From a virus, in the UHGV virus genome UHGV-0195094: a stretch of DNA of 17,065 nucleotides, one strand, 5' to 3'. Below, in pieces: positions 1 to 5,605 of the stretch. Below the pieces are notes generated by a model. That model saw only the letters and a program-made list of their open reading frames with translations. It was not told the DNA's origin and did not search any database. The first letter of the stretch is position 1. Each line of letters opens with the position of its first letter. The position numbers were made by a program, and so were the translations under genes.

Positions 1-35
1 GCCCCTTTAAGATAAAATGCCCGTTCTCATTTCCC

Positions 36-64
36 ATTATATCATACATACCTCGTACTGTCAA
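36..64 (-). promoter_or_regulatory. Consensus SigA/sigma70 promoter facing the left genome end
   Basis: Minus strand reads TTGACA (64-59), 17 nt, TATAAT (41-36), with an extended -10 TG (TGATATAAT). Confidence 0.8.
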
Positions 65-75
65 TAGGTAAAATC

Positions 76-105
76 TGCACAAACAATCAGTAGAATTCTT
101 GTGCA
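76..105. promoter_or_regulatory. Palindromic putative protein-binding site TGCACAA-N16-TTGTGCA
   Basis: TGCACAA at 76-82 and TTGTGCA at 99-105. The same arms and spacing recur in the right ITR (16960-16989) while the spacer differs. Confidence 0.45.
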
Positions 106-124
106 ATATTTTAGTGCAAATCAA

Positions 125-153
125 TTGACAAAAAACGGTACCTATGGTATTAT
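125..153 (+). promoter_or_regulatory. Early SigA-type promoter (rightward)
   Basis: TTGACA (125-130), 17 nt, TATTAT (148-153), with extended -10 TG. Lies upstream of the first ORFs. Confidence 0.8.
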
Positions 154-266
154 ATATATAGAAACAAGGAAGACAACAAAATAAAGAAAAAAGAGAGGTA
201 AAATGATATGATATGAATTAAAGAAAGTATTAGTATACAACTACACAACAAAAAGGAGATAGAAAA

Positions 267-548
267 ATGAAAGAAATTAATCAGTACACAAAGATAGGGC
301 AAGAGTTGTTAGCACTGGCTAGGCGAAATGAGGGCTTCGATCTATCAGATGTATATAACAACCCAAGTTATTCAAAAAGACAAACATATGAGAGATATGT
401 TTGTGAGGCACTTGACGACGGTGATATACGCACTTTTCACATTTGTTCACATAACACTTTTAGTTTCACCTGTGCGTGGGATTCAAAAGACGGCGTTCGC
501 TATAGCACTTCGCAAAATGATTACTTGATAAAGGGAGCGACATTATAG
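267..548 (+). CDS. Hypothetical early protein (93 aa)
   Basis: ORF with a strong SD (AAGGAG) upstream and the first substantial ORF after the early promoter. No family recognised. Confidence 0.8.
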   Translation: MKEINQYTKIGQELLALARRNEGFDLSDVYNNPSYSKRQTYERYVCEALDDGDIRTFHICSHNTFSFTCAWDSKDGVRYSTSQNDYLIKGATL

Positions 549-606
549 GTGTAGCGATAGGCGCTATCCCAGTTTCAACGCTGGGACACCTTTCCGGCAT
601 CAGCCG
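547..606 (+). ncRNA. Compact structured RNA element: three-way junction plus small hairpin
   Basis: AGGTG(547-551)/CACCT(587-591) closes TAGCG-ATAGG-CGCTA (552-566) and TCCCAG-TTTCAACG-CTGGGA (567-586) with no unpaired junction bases. CGGC-ATCA-GCCG follows (595-606). It is a GC-rich island in AT-rich intergenic DNA. Strand assumed from the flanking genes. Confidence 0.55.
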
Positions 607-639
607 TGTAAAAAAACAATAAAAAGGAGAAAAAAGATT

Positions 640-921
640 ATGAGAGAAAGAATGGTCACAAGAACAGTAACACAGACAACAGCAAAGGTTATGTGTTTAA
701 ACGTAACAACGGCAGAGGTAACTATCAACGAGTACACAATAGGCGGAACGTATACAGACTCAGATTTGCTCAAGAAATGCAAGAAACTTTTCGAAACAGA
801 CGAGTTCAAACTGGTTCACATTGAATCATCAAAAGTAGAAGAGATTCTACTGGGAATGACAGAAGAGGATTTTATCCGCTATGCAACCGTCTTACCACCA
901 AGGAAAGCACAGGGTGATTGA
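640..921 (+). CDS. phi29 p6-like dsDNA-binding protein, paralog A (93 aa)
   Basis: SD AAGGAG. The N-terminal MVTRTVTQTT and C-terminal LLGMTEEDFIRYATV resemble the phi29 p6 pattern as recalled (MQREITKTT...YELPVEKFLEVATV). Clearly similar to 1504-1800. Confidence 0.7.
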   Translation: MRERMVTRTVTQTTAKVMCLNVTTAEVTINEYTIGGTYTDSDLLKKCKKLFETDEFKLVHIESSKVEEILLGMTEEDFIRYATVLPPRKAQGD

Positions 922-932
922 TTCACCCTTTT
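911..932 (+). terminator. Hairpin / weak intrinsic terminator
   Basis: AGGGTGA-TTGAT-TCACCCT followed by a short T run, overlapping the stop of 640-921. Confidence 0.5.
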
Positions 933-992
933 CCAGAATTAGAACATTGTTAAAAATTTCACGAAAGTACTAGAAAAGAGGTAAAATGGTAT

Positions 993-1241
993 ATGGTTAT
1001 AAACAGCTTAGTATTTAAATTAAAAAAGCAACTAGCAACGGAAGTAAAAGGTAAAGTGTACGTTTCATATGATAAAAACGGTATATATGTAAGCGTTGAA
1101 AACTCTGCATATGATATTTGGTGTACTAAAATACCCGTTTTACGAGCTAAAGTATCTGAGCAAAAAATGGTAACAATTCTAACACGAATAGTCATAATGC
1201 AATACAAGGAAGATATTTTAAACAAGTATTTTCTTAAATAA
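993..1241 (+). CDS. Hypothetical basic protein (82 aa)
   Basis: ORF with a GAGGT SD upstream that fills the gap before the next promoter. No family recognised. Confidence 0.7.
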   Translation: MVINSLVFKLKKQLATEVKGKVYVSYDKNGIYVSVENSAYDIWCTKIPVLRAKVSEQKMVTILTRIVIMQYKEDILNKYFLK

Positions 1242-1255
1242 TTTTGCAAATACGC

Positions 1256-1284
1256 TTGACAAAAATTCGTCTTTCTGATATAAT
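1256..1284 (+). promoter_or_regulatory. Consensus SigA promoter for the ncRNA / replication operon
   Basis: TTGACA (1256-1261), 17 nt, TATAAT (1279-1284), with extended -10 TG. Confidence 0.88.
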
Positions 1285-1321
1285 TAATAATGTCAGAAGA
1301 ACATATTTGCTCAATACAAAA

Positions 1322-1348
1322 AGGGTGGCTTTCAAATACAGCCACCCT
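1322..1348 (+). other. GC-rich hairpin in the leader of the tRNA-like RNA
   Basis: AGGGTGGCT-TTCAAATAC-AGCCACCCT, a 9-bp perfect stem. Confidence 0.7.
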
Positions 1349-1356
1349 GACCTCCA

Positions 1357-1441
1357 GGGTGGTTCGTCTAGCTGGGAAAGGCATTCAGAAAGTAAACGGG
1401 TTTGGCACTGAAAAATGTGGGTTCGACTCCCACATCACCCT
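1357..1441 (+). ncRNA. tRNA-like RNA: full cloverleaf with a 19-nt loop in place of the 7-nt anticodon loop, no encoded CCA
   Basis: Acceptor GGGTGGT(1357-63)/ATCACCC(1434-40). T8 present. D arm GTCT-AGCTGGGAA-AGGC. Anticodon stem TTCAG(1384-88)/CTGAA(1408-12) with loop AAAGTAAACGGGTTTGGCA. Variable region AAAT. T arm GTGGG-TTCGACT-CCCAC. Discriminator T1441. Confidence 0.85.
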
Positions 1442-1503
1442 TTAGCACTAAAAGTGCTAGTAACAATAAATACACACTATAAAAAAGAAAGGAAGTAAAA
1501 AAC

Positions 1504-1800
1504 ATGGCAAGAGTACCAATGGTTACAAGAACCATCACAACAACAAAAGCAATTGTAATGTGCGTAGATGTAGAAGCGGGAGAGCCTTTTAACAAGGAAG
1601 TAACAGTCCCACGCACCTACAAAGATAACGATTCTTTACTGAAAACAGTAAAGCCAATCATCGAGACTGAAACGGTAAAAGCGGTTTACATCGTGGACAA
1701 AACAGAGATCGAAACTCTGTACGGAATGACCGAACAGGAGTTTATCGAACACGCAAAAGTATTACCAGAAAGAACAGCTAAACCCGAAAAAACAGAATAA
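1504..1800 (+). CDS. phi29 p6-like dsDNA-binding protein, paralog B (98 aa)
   Basis: SD AAGGAAG. Motifs MVTRTITTTK...LYGMTEQEFIEHAKVL. Sits immediately upstream of SSB-TP-polymerase, the position of gene 6 in phi29. Confidence 0.78.
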   Translation: MARVPMVTRTITTTKAIVMCVDVEAGEPFNKEVTVPRTYKDNDSLLKTVKPIIETETVKAVYIVDKTEIETLYGMTEQEFIEHAKVLPERTAKPEKTE

Positions 1801-1821
1801 TAAAAAAGAGGAGAAAAAACT

Positions 1822-2175
1822 ATGATTAATATTATCTCAAATCAGGAATATAATGACATCGAGAAATATCTTATGACTATTTCACCATCAATAGAGAGTA
1901 TGAAAAATTTACCAGACGGTGAAAAGATCCCGGTAAAGAAATACATGATTTTTCAGGATGTGAAAGAAAATACAGGCGAAACAGTAGAAATCTTATCAAT
2001 TCTCACACCAGATAACAAAGTATACTCTGCCCAGAGCGGAACGGTAAAGCGTTCATTCAATGATATTGTAAATATTATGGGTGATAAGCCGTTTACCATC
2101 ATCAAAACATCTGGCAAGACAAAAGCCGGTAGAGATTTTATCAATTGTATTCTTGATGTAGAGTCAATTGCATAA
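1822..2175 (+). CDS. Single-stranded DNA-binding protein (phi29 p5-like, 117 aa)
   Basis: SMKNLPDG, DNKVYSAQSGTV and SGKTKAGRDF match recalled phi29 p5 motifs (SFKNLPDG, DGSLYSAISKTV, QGTSSKGNVF). SD GAGGAG. Synteny fits. Confidence 0.85.
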   Translation: MINIISNQEYNDIEKYLMTISPSIESMKNLPDGEKIPVKKYMIFQDVKENTGETVEILSILTPDNKVYSAQSGTVKRSFNDIVNIMGDKPFTIIKTSGKTKAGRDFINCILDVESIA

Positions 2176-2194
2176 AAGCTAAAATAAGAGGGAG

Positions 2195-2219
2195 GGGAAG
2201 CGTAACAGCTTCCCTTTTT
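2195..2219 (+). terminator. Intrinsic terminator/attenuator after SSB
   Basis: GGGAAGC-GTAACA-GCTTCCC followed by TTTTT, between the SSB and terminal protein genes. Confidence 0.8.
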
Positions 2220-2236
2220 CAATAGGAGGACATTGT

Positions 2237-2809
2237 ATGGCAAAGAAGACGACACAATACACAAAAAACAGAAATCGTATCTTACGATATATAAAGAGGC
2301 ATAAAATATCACAATATGTTAATTTATATATACCAACAGAACTACAATTAAGGAAACAAGGTGTAAAAGGAAAAGAACTAGCTAAACTCACTAGAACGTT
2401 AAAAGGAATAACCCCAAAATATCTAAAACAAGAAGCTACTCAAAACAAAGAGAGAGAATTCAGAGAAAGTAAAACAGATAATGTATTAGAAAACGGTATT
2501 TCTCAAGTAATAATCAATAATTTCAAATCACAAATATTGCATTTTCCGAAAGAAATATCTGACAAGGTTATTGCTTTTATAAACACACTGATAAACGAAC
2601 AAGGGATAGACTCAGTTGCATACTCTCTGGAGCATATGCCACTACAATTTCATGAAATCCTAAACAAAACAGGATATGACAGCAACTCAGCTATGCAAGA
2701 GTTCGCTAGTTCGCTAGTAGAATACTTACCAGACGCTTCCGATGCTTACAAAGAAGAATTAATAGAAGCGTTTGAATATAACGAACTAGGGTATAATATT
2801 GAGGATTAA
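2237..2809 (+). CDS. Putative terminal protein (replication primer, 190 aa)
   Basis: SD AGGAGG. Directly upstream of and overlapping the polymerase start. Very basic N-terminus and acidic, apparently helical C-terminus. Assigned by synteny and composition only. Confidence 0.65.
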   Translation: MAKKTTQYTKNRNRILRYIKRHKISQYVNLYIPTELQLRKQGVKGKELAKLTRTLKGITPKYLKQEATQNKEREFRESKTDNVLENGISQVIINNFKSQILHFPKEISDKVIAFINTLINEQGIDSVAYSLEHMPLQFHEILNKTGYDSNSAMQEFASSLVEYLPDASDAYKEELIEAFEYNELGYNIED

Positions 2810-4781
2810 AAAATATCGTTATTTTATGTGTGACTTTGAAACAACTGTTTATAAAGGTCAAGAGAATACAGAGGTTTGGGCATCGGCATCCGTAGAACTA
2901 TATACTGAAAAGGTAGAAATATTTCACAGCATTGACGACCAATATAATTATTTTCTATCTTTAAATTCAAACGTTATAGCGTACTATCACAACCTAAAAT
3001 TTGATGGTGCTTTCTGGTTGTCTTATTTGCTGATAGATAAAGGTTTTAAACAGGCTACAAATAAAGTTGGAGAATCAGAGTTTTCTATAGAATGGCAATC
3101 TGAAAAAGAAATGAAAAATAAAACATTCAAATATAGTGTATCTGATAAAGGCCAATGGTACACTATTATAATAAAAGATAACAATCATTTTATTGAAATA
3201 AGAGATTCACTAAAATTATTACCTTTCAGCGTAAAAAGAATAGGAAACAGTTTTAAGACAAAGCACAAAAAACTTGAAATGGAATATACAGGTTTTAGAT
3301 ATGCTGGTTGTAGTATAACAGACGAGGAGAAAAAGTATATAGCAAATGACGTTTTAGTTGTTAAAGAAGCACTTGAAATTATGTTCAACGAGGGGCATAA
3401 TAAACTAACTATAGGTTCATGTTGTTTGGAAGAATACAAAAACATCTGTAAGCACACGACAAAGAAATTGCTTGATTACGATGAAATGTTTCCAGACATT
3501 TACACGTTACATATAAAGGAAGAACACAAGTATAATACCGCTGGTGATTATATAAGGAAAAGTTATCGTGGCGGATGGTGCTACCTTGTAAAAGGAAAAG
3601 AAAACAAAGTACACACACATGGAACAACCGCCGATGTAAATTCTCTATACCCAAGTATGATGCATAGCGAAAGTGGAAACAAATACCCAGTAGGCAAGCC
3701 AAAGTTTTGGAGTGGAAATTTCATTCCACCAGAAGTTATAGCAGAAAATAAATATTATTTTGTAAGGATAAAAACCAGATTTTATCTCAAGAAAAATATG
3801 CTACCTTTTATACAGATAAAAGGATCGTTTTTATACAAGGGAACAGAAGCACTGGAGACATCTGATATTTACGATAAAGATACTAATAAATATTATTCAT
3901 ATTACAGGGACAGTGATGGTAATATGTGCGATACTAGAGTAGAATTAGTATTGACAATGACAGATTATGAACTGTTAAAAGAACACTATGAATTAGTTGA
4001 TTTTGAAATATTAGATGGCTGTTGGTTTTATTCTATGATCGGGATTTTTGATGAATACATTGACACCTACAAAGAAATGAAACAGAAAAGTACAGGTGCT
4101 TTACGAGAATTAGCCAAACTATTCTTAAATAATTTATACGGTAAAATGGCAAGTAGTACAGATAGTTCTTTTAAATATGCTTATGTGAAAGAAGATAATT
4201 CTATAGGGTTTGTACCTGTGATAGAGAACAACAAAACACCAGGCTACATCCCAGTAGGTTCTGCTATCACAAGTTATGCAAGAAACTTTACAATCAGAAC
4301 CGCTCAGAAAAACTATTATGGTGTTGATAAACCCGGCTTTATTTATGCAGATACCGACAGTATTCATTGTGACTTACCGCCCGAAAAGATAAAAGGAATC
4401 AAAGTACACGATAAAAACTTTTGCTGTTGGAAACTGGAATCCTCTTGGGATAAAGCAATTTTCACCAGACAGAAAACCTATATTGAGCATGTTGTAGCAG
4501 AAAACCTAGAACCTATTGAACACCCATACAACAATATAAAGTGTGCTGGTATGCCACAAAAATGTAAAGATTTATTTGAACTATCCATGAGTTCAGATAT
4601 TTCTATAGAAGATAAAGAATGGAGTGATGAAGAAAAAGAATTCTTATTTGACGAAAACGGTAAACAAATTGTTAGAACATTTAATGATTTTAAAGTAGGG
4701 TTGAAAGTACCGGGTAAGTTAAGACCAAAGCGTATACGGGGTGGAATCTTACTGGTAGAAACAACCTACGAGATGAGGTAA
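2799..4781 (+). CDS. Protein-primed family B DNA polymerase (660 aa, TTG start)
   Basis: ExoI CDFETT, ExoII YHNLKFDG, ExoIII YIANDV, SYRGG, motif A DVNSLYP, motif B KLFLNNLYGK, motif C YADTDS, KTY. Confidence 0.97.
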   Translation: MRIKKYRYFMCDFETTVYKGQENTEVWASASVELYTEKVEIFHSIDDQYNYFLSLNSNVIAYYHNLKFDGAFWLSYLLIDKGFKQATNKVGESEFSIEWQSEKEMKNKTFKYSVSDKGQWYTIIIKDNNHFIEIRDSLKLLPFSVKRIGNSFKTKHKKLEMEYTGFRYAGCSITDEEKKYIANDVLVVKEALEIMFNEGHNKLTIGSCCLEEYKNICKHTTKKLLDYDEMFPDIYTLHIKEEHKYNTAGDYIRKSYRGGWCYLVKGKENKVHTHGTTADVNSLYPSMMHSESGNKYPVGKPKFWSGNFIPPEVIAENKYYFVRIKTRFYLKKNMLPFIQIKGSFLYKGTEALETSDIYDKDTNKYYSYYRDSDGNMCDTRVELVLTMTDYELLKEHYELVDFEILDGCWFYSMIGIFDEYIDTYKEMKQKSTGALRELAKLFLNNLYGKMASSTDSSFKYAYVKEDNSIGFVPVIENNKTPGYIPVGSAITSYARNFTIRTAQKNYYGVDKPGFIYADTDSIHCDLPPEKIKGIKVHDKNFCCWKLESSWDKAIFTRQKTYIEHVVAENLEPIEHPYNNIKCAGMPQKCKDLFELSMSSDISIEDKEWSDEEKEFLFDENGKQIVRTFNDFKVGLKVPGKLRPKRIRGGILLVETTYEMR

Positions 4782-4784
4782 CAT

Positions 4785-5291
4785 ATGAACTGTAAAGATT
4801 GTTTTTGGAAGTTCGACAACGAATGTGAACATTGTTATAAGTGGAGGAATATCATGAAAGCAAAACAGATTAAAATTAAATACTTGAGAGAATACATGAC
4901 CAGAGTATACCCAAGAAAAAATGGTGACTGGTTAGACTTACGAACTGGCGTTGATGTCTTTATGAAAAAAGGGGATTTTCAGTTAATCCCTTTAGGCGTA
5001 GCGATGCAGTTACCAGAAAACACCGAAGCATTACTAATCTCTCGTAGTTCTACATTTAAAAAATATGGAATCATTCAGGCAAATAGTGTAGGGCTCATTG
5101 ACGAATCCTATTGTGGTGAACAGGATGAATGGATGTTCCCGGCATATGCAACGAAAGATATTGTCATACCTAAAAATACACGTATCTGTCAGTTCCGCAT
5201 ACAGGAACATCAACCACTAGTTAAAATAACAGAAGTAGAACACTTATCAGGAACAAACCGTGGTGGTTTTGGAAGTACAGGAGAACGGTAA
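4785..5291 (+). CDS. dut: Trimeric dUTPase (alternative start at 4854)
   Basis: Motifs DWLDL, SRSS, GLIDESYCGE, RICQF and RGGFGSTG. A second in-frame ATG at 4854 has a GGAGG SD. Confidence 0.95.
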   Translation: MNCKDCFWKFDNECEHCYKWRNIMKAKQIKIKYLREYMTRVYPRKNGDWLDLRTGVDVFMKKGDFQLIPLGVAMQLPENTEALLISRSSTFKKYGIIQANSVGLIDESYCGEQDEWMFPAYATKDIVIPKNTRICQFRIQEHQPLVKITEVEHLSGTNRGGFGSTGER

Positions 5292-5449
5292 TGTATGAAC
5301 AGATTTTGGATAAAGTAATGCGTGAGTGTCTTGCGCACAAAATGGAATGTAAAACATGTAAATATCATAGTTTGTGTGACAGATACAATATAACACCGTT
5401 TGGCGTTAATACCTATATTAAATGCTTATTTGACATTAGCAAAGAATGA
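5291..5449 (+). CDS. Small Cys-rich protein (52 aa; not in the ORF track)
   Basis: TAATG stop/start overlap with dut. Translation MYEQILDKVMRECLAHKMECKTCKYHSLCDRYNITPFGVNTYIKCLFDISKE. Ends at the terminator. Confidence 0.7.
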   Translation: MYEQILDKVMRECLAHKMECKTCKYHSLCDRYNITPFGVNTYIKCLFDISKE

Positions 5450-5485
5450 AAAAAGACCGGGGCGAACATAGTTCGTTACCCGGTC
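5449..5485 (-). terminator. Intrinsic terminator of the ATPase transcript (possibly bidirectional)
   Basis: Long stem GACCGGG...CCCGGTC (5455-5485) with inner CGAAC/GTTCG, followed on the minus strand by T6. Lies between convergent units. Confidence 0.85.
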
Positions 5486-5492
5486 AATTCTA

Positions 5493-5603
5493 TATCTATA
5501 ACTTATGCAACATCAAGTGCGCTCAGCGAAAACGACAAATCATCCAGCACTATCTTTCAAGTGTGCTACCTGAATGACTCACTTGTGATAACATAAGAAG
5601 ATA
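5493..5603 (-). ncRNA. Candidate prohead RNA (pRNA)-like structured RNA
   Basis: Minus strand forms a long interrupted helix (TATCT/AGATA, CTTATGT/GCATAAG, CAAGTG/CACTTG) into a three-way junction. One arm is AGTCATTC/GGATGATT + AGGT bulge + AGCAC/GTGCT hairpin. A TGT linker leads to a short CGTTT-TCGCT-GAGCG hairpin. G-U pairs favour the minus strand. Confidence 0.6.
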
Positions 5604-5605
5604 CC

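Larger units (their letters stand above)
1..123. repeat. Left inverted terminal repeat (ITR)
   Basis: 1-35 is the exact reverse complement of 17031-17065. Similarity continues to about 123 vs 16942 with, by hand alignment, 12 substitutions and 1 indel. ITRs are typical of protein-primed linear phage genomes. Confidence 0.97.

Noticed and set aside
328..528. Alternative-frame plus ORF (66 aa) and similar nested ORFs (6225, 7586, 10939)
   Set aside because: Nested in or antisense to better-supported genes and lacking clear translation signals.
1357..1441. Calling this a functional tRNA-Pro or an intron-containing tRNA
   Set aside because: The loop is 19 nt, position 37 would be C, and 12 nt is far too short for a self-splicing intron. 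Bacteria lack the archaeal/eukaryotic tRNA splicing endonuclease. Kept as tRNA-like only.
959..1616. Minus-strand ORFs 959-1384 and 1368-1616
   Set aside because: They overlap a plus-strand gene, a consensus promoter and the tRNA-like structure. No convincing SD or protein features.
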